From: Vicugna vicugna
Lineage: Eukaryota
Assembly (NCBI GenBank): GCA_013265495.1
Contig: MU062317.1
Location: forward strand, 1,054,001 to 1,118,000
DNA length: 64,000 nucleotides
Direction of reading: 5' to 3'
In this document: piece after piece, positions 23,621 to 35,029 of the stretch
Layout of the letters: each line of letters starts with the position of its first letter
Numbering within the stretch: the first letter of the stretch is position 1
Notes under the pieces: generated by a model
What the model saw: only the letters and a program-made list of their open reading frames with translations
Databases searched by the model: none
Told to the model about the DNA's origin: nothing
Translations under genes and position numbers: made by a program

Positions 23621-26504
23621 CTCCAGGGAGGAGACTGGCAGAAGGGACAGGCTTCCCCTCCAAGGGTGGGAGATGGTCAGGGCCCAGCAGAGGGGGACCT
23701 GGCCTGTTTCTGCTGGGGAGAAGGAACAGGCTGGGAGCTCAGCCTGCAGCCAGGGCGCCCCTACTCCCTGTCACACACACGCCCTCCTCACAGGCATCCC
23801 CCTCAAAGCAGGCGCAGAGGCAGCAGCCCCCACCCCCACCGGGGGGGGGGGAGCAGCAGTGGCTGCTGTCTGGAAGCTCTCCCCAGGCCTGGAAGACGTG
23901 GTGTCTAGGACTCTTGGATCTGTCCCCTCCACGGAGTTCATACCTCAGGGTGCTCCAATGGGGGCTCTGGCTGGACACAGCTTAGGGGGCACATCCTCCC
24001 CCACCACAGGGCCCCCCAGCTGTGCTGTGAGGAGGTCAGGAGGACACTGTGGCTGTGTTGACCCCTACCTGGCCACCTGGCTCCCAACAGCAGCAGAAAC
24101 ACAAAGCTTTTGTGTGACATTTTGTTTTTAAATGGAGGACAGGGACAGCCTCATTTCCCACAGACCAGCACGGCCTAGCCGGTTGGAGGGGACCCTGGCC
24201 CCTACCTGTCCTCACTGCTCCTGCCCCCAGCCTCAGCTTGAGGTGGGCAGTTTCCCAGCAGCTGGGTTGCAGCCCTGGCCTGAGTGCCCCAGTGGCTTCT
24301 GTCGTTGCAGACTCAACTCAGAGTCCCCAGTGCGGGCCCCAAAGGTGCCACCAGCTCGGCAGCATGCAGCCCCAGCAGGAGGGATGCCGCTGGAGTAGGA
24401 TCTCGGGAAGCACAAACGAAATGAGAGCCCCAGATATACCCTCTGAGGCAGCCCCCCAAGCCCTGAGTCAGGCGGTCACATCCCCAGCCTGGATCTCCTT
24501 CCATGCCAGGCACATGGCCGCAAGCACAGCCCAGTCCTGCACCCTGGCCTCATGCCTGTGACCCCGTCCCAGTCCCCCAGCTCCCTGACCCTGGCCAGGA
24601 TGTGGCTTGGAGGGGGAGGTTCTGCTGGTGGCACTCGGGCTGCCCTGCTGCCTCAGATTCAGGTAACGGAGTCAGGTCCCCAGGGACGTCCACATCTGCT
24701 TGAAATATCGTCCAGTGAAGTGAAATTCTTCGGTGGGTCCTGTGCTCTGTGTCGGGCAGGCAGCAAGGTCCTGTGCCTGCCTGGGCTACCTTCTTGGGGA
24801 GAGCTGGGGCCAGCTGTCCTAACTGTGGGGCCCAAGCGGGAAGGGTTCCCAGTGCTTGCTCCAGTGTGGGCTGCAGCTGCGTCTGAGCCTCACAGACCTG
24901 CTGGGCACTGCCTTTTCCTCAATAAGGGCTCCCAGGAAGGGGAGACCTGTGCTCTGCCCTACCCTTGGGTCCAGTTCTCTGGCCTCTGAGCTAGGCTGCA
25001 GGTCGCTACCTGTTCTAGGTCCTGAGCAGAGCCAGGCCAGCAAGCTTCCCCACCTGGCTGGGTGGAGCACACAGAGAGCTGAGGCCCAGGCTGACAGCAG
25101 GCAGGCGTGGGACGCTTGGAAGTTTCTGCGGCCACTCTGGGCGCACTGAGCCGGCCTCTCGCTTGCAGCGAAGGCCCAGCGAGAACTCCGCCGCTCTCCA
25201 CTTTCTCGCTCCATCTTCGGGCCCTTTCTTGGCGACAGCCTGACCCAGGCGGCCTGCTCCAGGGAGCCAAGATACTGAGAAGATCCACGGTGCACAAACA
25301 GACCCGAACATGCACATGAACACGCACATTGCACATGCCTGCCGGCAGGCAGGTAACACGCGTTGCCAGCCACACCAGCCACGAAACGCGGGGCCCTGTT
25401 CGCACCAAGAGGGGCCAGAGTTCATGGGAGGCCGAGGAGGCCGAGGCCATAAGCACCGGGCAGAGGAGACCGGGTGGAAAGGGGCACTGTGACGAGGGGC
25501 CCCGAGCGGCCGCGGGCAGAGTCCAGGAGCACCCTGCAGAAGCTGGGAGCTGCTTTTCCCCCGTGGGCCCGACGCGCAGCCTGCGGACTGTGGGGGCTGC
25601 TGTCGGGTCGGGCCGAGCCGGCCGCGCACCGAACCAAGAGGGTAGAACTTCGGGAAACTGTCGCGAGTTTCGCGCCCACCGGGTTCACGCTGAGGGGCTC
25701 GGCCCTGGGTGCGACGAGGCCGGGCCTGGCAAGGTCGGGCCGAGGAAGAGCCTACTGATCGGCCTGGTGGTCCCTCAGGGATTCGCAAGGGGAAGCGGCC
25801 GGGCGCCTCTTCCACGGGTGGGCGGGCGGCCGCGGAGGAGGGGGCGGCGAGAGCAGGAGGCTCCGATAACGCTCCGGGCGGCGCTCGCCACTTCGCTGCA
25901 GCCGGGCCGCGGCCGGGCTTCGGGAGCCGCGCTCGCCGGGCCGCCGCGGCGCCGCCGCCCCCACCTGCCCGCCTCTCAGGCCCCAGCCCCGGGCCCACGG
26001 GCCTCGCAGCGGATGGCGCGGGAGGCCGGGGCGCGGAGGGCGCACGGCTGGCCCGAGGAGCGGCGGCGGGCTGTCGTGCGGGCCGCGAGCGCACCCGGCC
26101 GGCGGCGAGGACCCGGCCGGGGGCGGGCTGGGCGCGCCGAGCCCGCGGCTCGGCCCGAGACGGAGCGAAAGAGAAAGTAAGACCGGGGACCGGGCAGTCT
26201 CGCCGGGGGCAGCTCTGTCCCCGCCAGGCCTCGGGGCTGTGCCGGGCGAGCGGGTGCGGGAGGGTCGGAGCGAAGCCGAGGTCGGTGGCGGTGGAGGATA
26301 GGAAGGCGGCCCGGTGGGGACCCTCCCGCCGGAGGCACCGGCGCCTGGGCGGCCGCGCGGGCTGCCGGAGTCGCGGAGGAGCGCCCGCCGCCGCACGGGG
26401 CACCAGTTGGGAATAAACTTCACGACCATAGTTCCAAGCCCAGGAAGACGGCTCCATTTTGCTCCCCCAGTGGCGGTGGCTGTCTTGCCGTCGCCACTCC
26501 TGCC

Positions 26505-27732
26505 NNNNNNNNNNNNNNNNNNNNNNNNNNNNNNNNNNNNNNNNNNNNNNNNNNNNNNNNNNNNNNNNNNNNNNNNNNNNNNNNNNNNNNNNNNNNNNNN
26601 NNNNNNNNNNNNNNNNNNNNNNNNNNNNNNNNNNNNNNNNNNNNNNNNNNNNNNNNNNNNNNNNNNNNNNNNNNNNNNNNNNNNNNNNNNNNNCGAGGAG
26701 GAAAAGTTGCTCTCCCCTTTCGTCAACTTTTCGCTAACTTTCGCTTTTCGCTCCCCTCCACCCCCAGCCCTCCCCCTCCGCCCCCCTCTCCAGCCCCCAC
26801 CGCGCGCCTCGGGTTCCCGGGCCCGAGCGCCTGACACTGGGGGGGGAGGGGGTTCGGCGAGGAGGGGGCCGGCGCCTTCGGGGAGCGCGCGGCCCGGGCG
26901 CCCCGAGCCTCCGCGCCGAGCCCGGCGGCCCCGGAGCGCGGGAGGCGGAGCAGCNNNNNNNNNNNNNNNNNNNNNNNNNNNNNNNNNNNNNNNNNNNNNN
27001 NNNNNNNNNNNNNNNNNNNNNNNNNNNNNNNNNNNNNNNNNNNNNNNNNNNNNNNNNNNNNNNNNNNNNNNNNNNNNNNNNNNNNNNNNNNNNNNNNNNN
27101 NNNNNNNNNNNNNNNNNNNNNNNNNNNNNNNNNNNNNNNNNNNNNNNNNNNNNNNNNNNNNNNNNNNNNNNNNNNNNNNNNNNNNNNNNNNNNNNNNNNN
27201 NNNNNNNNNNNGGGCGCCCCGGCCCCGGGGCCCGGGNNNNNNNNNNNNNNNNNNNNNNNNNNNNNNNNNNNNNNNNNNNNNNNNNNNNNNNNNNNNNNNN
27301 NNNNNNNNNNNNNNNNNNNNNNNNNNNNNNNNNNNNNNNNNNNNNNNNNNNNNNNNNNNNNNNNNNNNNNNNNNNNNNNNNNNNNNNNNNNNNNNNNNNN
27401 NNNNNNNNNNNNNNNNNNNNNNNNNNNNNNNNNNNNNNNNNNNNNNNNNNNNNNNNNNNNNNNNNNNNNNNNNNNNNNNNNNNNNNNNNNNNNNNNNNNN
27501 NNNNNNNNNNNNNNNNNNNNNNNNNNNNNNNNNNNNNNNNNNNNNNNNNNNNNNNNNCACTTATCTCTCTCCCCCCNNNNNNNNNNNNNNNNNNNNNNNN
27601 NNNNNNNNNNNNNNNNNNNNNNNNNNNNNNNNNNNNNNNNNNNNNNNNNNNNNNNNNNNNNNNNNNNNNNNNNNNNNNNNNNNNNNNNNNNNNNNNNNNN
27701 NNNNNNNNNNNNNNNNNNNNNNNNNNNNNNNN
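26505..27732. other. Four assembly gaps within the CpG island (26505-26693, 26955-27211, 27237-27557, 27577-27732)
   Basis: N runs separated by sequence islands as short as 19-25 bp. Confidence 1.
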
Positions 27733-28155
27733 GTCGCGTCGCGCTGCTGCTCCCGCCCCAGCCGGGGCCAAAGATGGAGGGGCGGCTGCGTTTGTCCCCC
27801 AGACTTCCTTGCTTATGGGGGCAAACGCGCCGACAGTTTGGACGCGGTTCTGGCTGGTTTTGCTTCGTTTCACTGCATTTTGTTACTAATTAAAGAGCTT
27901 TGCGTTCACCGTCGCCCCAGCCTGCCTTCCTCCCTGTCTCTCCCCTCGGCCCCGTCCCCTGCCCGACGGCTCCGCGCTCCCCACCGCCCGGCCGGCGGGC
28001 GGGACTCGGCCCCGCCGCCCTCGGCCCCGCGCGGAGCCGCGGGGAGCAGCGCGCTGGGCGCTGAGGACTGGGCGCCGGAGCAGTTGTCCGAACGCCGGGC
28101 GCCGGGCGCCTCGCCGCCCTCGGGGCGGGCCCGCGCTCTCCTGCCTCCGCGGCCC

Positions 28156-28164
28156 CAGGTGAGT
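28156..28164 (+). other. Strong 5' splice donor, probable end of a non-coding first exon
   Basis: CAG|GTGAGT is a perfect consensus donor at the 3' edge of the CpG island. Confidence 0.55.
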
Positions 28165-31100
28165 ACCCAGGGGCGCGAGCGCCCGAGCTGGGCCACCTCG
28201 GGCGATCGGGGCCTCTGGGGACACTTCCCCCTTGCCTCTCGCGGCCCAGGTGCGTCTCGGGCGAGAGAGCCGGCGGAGCAGGTGGAAGAGCGCCGGCGGG
28301 AGCCGACGGGGTGCTGCTTCTGCCCCGCAGCCCTCAAACTCGGAGGTGCGGCCGCGGAGGGGCAGGCTGGGCGCCGGCAGGGTGTCCGGGCCCAGGGGCC
28401 TGGTGGGGACAGTGGGAATTGCCATTCGGCTATGTCTGGGATTCGAGAATGAATTGGAAGCAAATGGAGGCGTTGACCCCCGCGCCCTCTCCAGTAGCAG
28501 GGTTCTGCCAGGCTGCAGGACTCGGAGCTGCCGCAGCGTCAACCCGAGCCCAGGAGGCGTCGTGCTAGCGGTGGGGGCCTCTGCCACCCCGGGTGGGCTC
28601 CGGGCCGTGCCCCTCCCTTTGTTGTGCATGAGACCCGGAGCGCCTCCGGCTGGGACTGACATTCGGAGCCCCGGGCCATTGCCAGAAAAGAGGTGAACTG
28701 GCGATGGCCAAAGAGCTAACCCCGAGACCCCGGGGTCCTAGTAAAGGGACCCTGATGGAGAAGGGCACGTGGCCAATGCTATTCCAGAGGAAAAAGCCTG
28801 ACGGAGCCAGGGTGGTCAAAAGCCAGGGGCGGCAGAGCTCTGGGCCTTCCGGGCTCGCATCTCCGCAGTCCACAGCTGCCTCCCTGCTGGGATTCGAACC
28901 CCGACGGAGCCCCCACTGCTCAGGGGGCATCCAGTCTTGCGCCGGCGCTGACTGGGCCAGAGAAGGCGCTCTCTGCCGGGCTCTCTTTCCCGCTGACCGT
29001 CACCTCTGCCGTTTCCGGCCCTAGGTGAGTGTTGCCCTTAGCGGTGGCGCCGAGTTCCTCGGCAGCTCAGTCCCATTGCCTGCCGCCCTTCCAGGGCCTT
29101 GTCGCCCCTGCCCCATCCAGTCCCACAGCCTGACTGTCTTCTCCTGGGCTGGGCGGACAACCCCTGGGCTGAGAGGGTCCCTGGGCCTTGCTGCCAGGCT
29201 CTCAGGGACTTGGAGGGGAGTCCCCACGGGAAACTAGGGCATGGCTGCAGGCCCTAGTGATCTCAGAACCCCCTCATGCTCGGGGTATGGGGTGTGGGGG
29301 TCGCTGGGAGTGGGAGGAGGGCTGGAGACCCTAGCTCTGGAGCTGTTGGCTTAATTCAGCCAAGGCAGGCTCCAGCCTGCAGGCCAAAATGGATTGGGTT
29401 GGTGTCTGGAGAAAACACAAACACAAGGTCACCCTCACACCTCGGCACCCCAGGACCCCACCTGCCTGGATCCTCCCGGTAAGGCTGATTGTGAGGCCTG
29501 GGGGAAATGCAGAGGCTCCCGTGAAGTCCTCTCCCTGCAGAGAGCGTCCCTTCCCCACCCCACCCCCTGCCCTGCATGGCTTCCTCTGCCCTGGAGGCAG
29601 CCCGCGGGACCCAAGGTTAGGAAGATCCAGCCTTCCTGTGGAGGTGGGGAGTGCCCAGTTCACCAGGCCCTCTCCACGCTCCCTCCCTCAGCTCAGAGGG
29701 TTGGAGCCCTGGCCAAACTGGGCCAGGACCCCCTACAGACTCTGGGACTGCACCTTCGCAGGGGCCTGGGGAAGGCCGGCAGGAGTCTGGGCTCAGGGCC
29801 TGCTGTTCCCGGGGCCATGGAGAGTGGGGAGGACGATAGCTAGGAACCTGCCTGGGGAGGGGTAATCTAGTGATTAGGGATAACCAGGGAGACCGCCGAG
29901 GTGCTGACACCCCCAGGGCGCTCTCTCAGATCATACCCAATTGGTGAGAAAAGCCCAGGCAGGCCGTCCCCAAGGCCATGGCCTTGGCCGAGGCTGGGTC
30001 CTGGTCTGGCCAGGCCCTGCCCCCGCGTGGCGAGACTTAGACCTGACGGAGCCGGTCAGGTCTCTCAGAGTCCTGAGGAGCAAAAGCGTGGATCAGGGAA
30101 ATCAGACGCAGGTCCTCCAGGCACCCAGCTCTGCATCCTGTCCACCACTGACGTTTGGAGACTTGGAGAAACGGGCTGGGCCAGTGGGGGGCTCTGCAGG
30201 AAGAGGGGCAGGTTTCATCTCAGTCGTCCTTGGAGGTTTAAAGGCCATTTTCAAACCAAGCAGAACTTTGGGGATTCTTGTGGCCGAGGCTGGGACTAGG
30301 GAATCCCGAATGGGGGGGGGTGCAGAGATACTGTCCACCATCCCCCCCCCCAGTGACCACCTCAGGGGCTTCCGGCTCTGTCAGCTTGTCCAAGGCCGGT
30401 GATGTGTGGGTTGGCTGTAGAGATGTGCTTTACACTGTATAGAGTTTGGAACAGACTTGCTCGCTGGGGTCTAGGGGACTGGAGGGGGCTTTTACCAGCA
30501 ACTTCTGTCACATTTTAGAGTCCCTCTTCAGCCCAGAGTTCAGCCCCCTCCCAGCCTTTTCAGCAAGCAGGGAGGTGCGGCTGGAGACCCAAGACCACAG
30601 GGGCTCCTCTGGGGAAGAGCAGGGTTTGGGCGAGAGTGAGCGCAGGTGGTCCTGCAGGGCGGTAGGAAGCCCCGCTGTGGGCGAGCAAAGAGGGTCCCCA
30701 GACCCAGGGCTCCTGAGATGCCACGAGTGGTAAACCACACAGGCACACCCGACACTCCCGGAGTCCATGCACTTCGAGGCTGGAGGGGCACTTTGCTCAG
30801 CCAGGACGGGGGCCGAAGGCCAGCTTGATGAGGCCGGGTATCTGGAGAGGAGGTCCGCACTGTGAGGTCTGTGTGCCTGGAGGTGCAGGCTCAGAGCCAC
30901 CCGGCTGCCCTGCCCAGGCCCTCAGGCCCGGGGAGCCCGGCTGCAGACGGCGTGCTGGGAGGTGAGAACTGGCAGCCAAAGAGCCAGATGCCCCGACGGC
31001 CAGGTCCCCGCTGCTCTCCTCCACATCGCCCTTGGCGCTCCTTGAACTTGGCCGCCGGCTTCAGCTGCTCGGTCTCCAGGCTCTGTCAGTTTCCAGCTGT

Positions 31101-32129
31101 TCACTCTCTGGTTCCTGCTCAGAGAAGAGTAGCTGAGAGAATAAAAGCCCTTAGCTTACATGAGGGCTCCTCCCCAAGACCCCGAAACTGCCCTGCAAGG
31201 GGGTCCAGAGCCCCAGGCCTTGGTGGGCTGGCCAAGGTGGGGGTCTCCTCTGGGTGCATTCTGCCCTACGCTAGGTGGAAGCAGCCCCCATGTGAGCAAC
31301 AGAAGGAGACCATGAGGGATTCTTGGGGACGAGCTGGTTTGGCTCCCACTATGCCAAGGAAAAAACGGAGGTGGTCTTGGCCCCTTGCAGGGGACCCAGC
31401 GAGACTGAATGCAGAGGCCTTCCAGCCTAGGGTGAAGGTTGTTTGGTGGAGGGGGGGGCACAGACAATCTACAGAGCCTTTTCTTCCTCAGCCTGGCCTC
31501 TGCACAGGTCCACTGCGGTGCTCCCCCCGGCACCATGCCTCAGCTCCCAGCTCCAGACCGGGGCCACAGCAGCCTCCCTGGACTCCGGGGTTAATATGTC
31601 AGGCCCCCTTTTGCATTTCTTCCTACCCTAGGCCCAGAGACACCGCTGTGACCCAGAGGAGTTTAGAGAACAGAAGGACCTAGGACTAGATTTCTAGCTC
31701 AGCAAGATCAGAAGCCACGTGGCAAGGCTGCTCCCCACGCAGCTCAGAGCGGAGGCCTGCTGGCACCCACGCCCAGTCCCTGGTTCTGGAGTGGGTCGCA
31801 GAGAGGGTTGGGGTCGCTCCCAATCAAGACTTCCCAGGAATGTGAACCATGTAGCTGACTTCGAACAAACCCCAGATGTTTGGAAGCCTACTTCCTTCTC
31901 TAGCAGGAGGACGCTGTCTCTTGCAGACGGACAGGCGGCCTCCCGGGAGGGCCTCGGTAATTTCTCTGCCCGGATCTGCGTCCTGGAGTCCTGGCTAGGG
32001 CCACCATCTCTCAGGAGCGCAGATGCCTGTGAGTTAGCACCCGGGACTGCCATGTGTTTGGGGGATGTGCTCAGGAGTTTGGTTCTCTCCCTCTCTCTTT
32101 TAAGAGATTGAGGCTGTGGGCCTGAACTC

Positions 32130-32810
32130 CCTCATTTGAGCCAGGGTGGGAGTCGGCTCCAGCATCTCGGCCCAAACTCGCACCCCAAAAAGCGCTGGAA
32201 GAGGCCGGCGACCCCTTCCCCCGCGGCGCGCGTGTTGGGTGGGACTCAGCGGCTCGGTGGCGGCGCTCCTGCGGCCGCGCGCGGGCTCCGGCTGCTGCCT
32301 CGGAGAGGAATAAACGGAATCGGTTTCCCACGCTTTCCCTCCCCATCCCAGAACCTTTAAAACCTCGCGAACGAATTCCGTTGCCCAGTTTGTGCTGATC
32401 CCGAGCCTCGCGTTCAGCCTGCGCGCCCAGTCGCCAGCGCCGCCTGGACAAGGGACCCTCGCGCCGCCCGCACCCCGGGGCCGCCCGCCCGCGCACGCGG
32501 GGAGCAACTTCGTTCCCTGGAGAGCCCTGGCCCTGCGGAGCGAGCAGAGCTCCGCGCGGCAGAGGTGGCCCTGTGGCCGCTCCGGAGCTCGGCCCGCGTG
32601 GTCGCGGCCGCCGCCGCCTCCTGCTCCCGGTGCCGGCCGCGCGCGGGCAGCGCCCTGGCAGCAACGAAAACCGCGAACCGCGCCGCTTTCCCGGGGTCCG
32701 AGTCTCGGGAGCCTCTGGGTGGGAGTCCGCTCCCCGCGTCCCCAGACTCCCCAGAGCCCGGCACGCCGGGCTGCCTAGTAACCGAGCAGACTCCCCAAGC
32801 CGGCTAGCCC
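32130..32810. promoter_or_regulatory. Small CpG island
   Basis: Dense CpG (e.g. GGTCGCGGCCGCCGCCGCC) with no recognisable repeat origin. Confidence 0.65.
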
Positions 32811-32924
32811 CCGAATCCACACCTGGGTTTGCAAAGCGGCCTCCTCTGCGTCCTCTAGACCTTGGTCCCCGCCCCCATACCACCGACCCTCTTAGTTTGG
32901 AAACCAAATTTCGCCTTTGGTCCC

Positions 32925-33080
32925 ACCGGCTCCTGCTCAGGCGTAACCCTGGAAACATTCTCCCCGCCTCGATTTCCCCACCTGTGAAATGGGGCAGACA
33001 TTCCTGTGCCCCACTCAGGGTTGATGTGGGGTTGGCAGGGAGAGCGGATGATGGAAAACGCACAACGGGGCCCAGCGCTG
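32925..33080 (+). mobile_element. MIR SINE fragment
   Basis: GCCTCGATTTCCCCACCTGTGAAATGGGG...CAGGGTTGATGTGGGGTT resembles MIR GCCTCAGTTTCCTCATCTGTAAAATGGGG...TAGGGTTGTTGTGAGGATT. Confidence 0.65.
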
Positions 33081-34384
33081 CCCTCCTTTGGGGGCCACGT
33101 TTGTGCTGGTGGGGCTCGGAGGTCCTGCCCAGACCGGAAGGGGCTCAAGGTCACTCCTGAGTGATCGCTGCCATCGCTTCCATCCCTGCCCCTCGCCTTC
33201 CTCCCCTCTGCCAGAACGCCCTTCTCAGGGGGGCTGGCGGGGCAGATGTGAGTGTACAGCTGGGCGCCCAAGTGTCTCCTCCCTGCCCGCGGACAGTGTT
33301 TTGGTCGATTATCTCAGGTTCCCTTGGGGTTCAGATCTCGTGGTACCACTGGGCACCCCAAATCTCGCAAAGGGAGGGTGCTGGGGCTGCCCGGGGAGGG
33401 AGGGCAGCAACAGAAGCCCTGGTTCCAGCTGAGCTCCTAGAAAGGGATTTGCCCATGTCCCTCCCTCTCCGCATGCAGTGGGTGAGGGCGGCGGTGGCGG
33501 GTGGGTGTTCTCCAGGCAGGAGGGCGGGCGTGTCTGGGTGGGGCCCTGGGGTGTGACCTTGGGCTTTGGAATCAGCCCTTAACCTAACCCGCTGGGTGGT
33601 GGCAGAGGGGCTGGGGGAGCAAGGGTAGGGGCCACAGCCTGAGCACACTGTCCAGGCTGCCCATTGCATCTGGGCAGAACCGTTGGGGGACAGGAGGTGG
33701 GGAATGGGGTGCCGAAGGGGGCGCCACGTGGACATACCCTGCCCAGCTCCTCTCTGCTTGCTACTAAACCAGTCATCGCTGCCGGCTTCCTGAACCGGCA
33801 GGAAAAGGGCAGAGACTGGGACAGCCCCAGGCAGGGAAAAAATTACCTCTTGTGCTGAGTGACCCAAAGCTGATGGCATCAGTCAGGGATTCCTGTCCCC
33901 TGGGGTAGGGCCACCTGCTCCTGACCCTGGAGCCCGATCCCACAACCCTAGGGCTCTAGGAAGGGAGCAGGGCACACGCAGTTCTCTGCTCTGCTGCCGG
34001 CAGCCAGGGCTCAGCCACCTCCGGGGCAGTGGGCTCCCTCGCCCTCCCACCTCCCACATCCAATGAAGGACGGGTGACTGGAGTGGCAGGGACACGCTTA
34101 CACAGAGCCCTGCACCCCTGCAGCTCAGGCAGGTCCAGGGACCTGACTGAGGACTGTGTGCCGGGACTGGGTACTCGGGTGGGGATGGCAGCCTCCTGGC
34201 CCTGAGCAGCCCCTCACTGGTGGGGCACATACCCCCACCCCGCCCACCCTGTGATATCAGTGGAATCAGAATGAGAGTAGGGGGCAGCAGAGGGATTCCC
34301 GGGCACTGCCCCCAGGCTCACCCAGGACGCCTTTCCTGGCAAGCAGACAGCATGGGGGTGGGGGGCAGGAGGAGCTTAGCTTAG

Positions 34385-34475
34385 AGCCAGCTCCTTCCCT
34401 AGTCCCCCTGGGAGCCTGGGTCAGCCCCTCCCCCCAGCTCCCTGGGCACCCCAGTTTCCTGCTGTGTAATATGGA
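34385..34475 (+). mobile_element. Possible MIR fragment
   Basis: CCCCAGTTTCCTGCTGTGTAATATGG resembles the MIR core; heavily decayed. Confidence 0.4.
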
Positions 34476-34864
34476 GGCAGACAAGCCAGGGTATTGTGGG
34501 GACAGTCGCATGCAGGGGCGGTGCCTGGTGCTTCCCGGGAGCATTTTGGGTTGTTGGAGCAGGGACTGCCAGCGGCAGGGGTCCCTGTGCCCTCTCACCC
34601 CTCCACTCCCAGAACTGAGTTGGATTCAGGGAGGGCAGCTCCGCACTCCCTTGCTGGACACAGAGGGCAAGTCAGACCCGGACTGAGGACTGGGCTCCCC
34701 TCCCCGTGCAGGGTCTTAAGCTCCCAGAGTCAGGCCCCACCCTCTTGACCTTGGCCTGCCCTAGTCTTGCCTGGTCAGCTGGTCTCCTGGCACCTGCCGT
34801 TGGGCAGTGCTTCTCCCAGGTCCACAGCCTGCCCCAGGGAGGCCAAGGCTCGCAGACCATGCCG

Positions 34865-34990
34865 CAGGTTTAGCATTTACTCGCTTATTCACTCACTCAT
34901 TCATTTCACGGACGAATGGCCAGAGGCCTGGTGAGGCCTGTGTTCCTGGAACTCACAGTCCCACGTGAACGGGAAGGCTCTTTCCTCCAG
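34865..34990 (-). mobile_element. L2 3' end fragment
   Basis: TTCACTCACTCATTCATTT followed by GCCAGAGGCCTGGTGAGGCCTG...GGAACTCACAGTC resembles an antisense L2 3' end. Confidence 0.55.
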
Positions 34991-35029
34991 CAGACCTGTG
35001 GTTTTCAGCACAGCTTACGTGCCCCCCAC

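Larger units (their letters stand above)
25380..28700. promoter_or_regulatory. Major CpG-island promoter, probably bidirectional, gene unidentified
   Basis: Very high CpG and GC content, coverage drop-outs typical of extreme GC, + strand donors AAA|GTAAGA (26176/26177) and CAG|GTGAGT (28158/28159), and YY1-like motifs pointing outward on both sides of the gaps. Confidence 0.8.

Noticed and set aside
25015-26457. 480-aa minus-strand ORF starting at a strong Kozak ATG (MEPSSWAWNYGREVYSQLVP...)
   Set aside because: Pro/Arg/Ala/Gly-rich, lies in a CpG island where stop codons are rare, and has no recognisable domain or family. Only the start context is retained, as part of a finding.
25752-28452. 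602-aa, 712-aa and 379-aa ORFs
   Set aside because: They read through N gaps, so their length is an artefact.
31056-31145. 11-bp stem TTCAGCTGCTC/GAGTAGCTGAG followed by AATAAA (31140-31145)
   Set aside because: The loop of about 55 nt is too large for a pre-miRNA, and there is no clear GU-rich element downstream of the hexamer.
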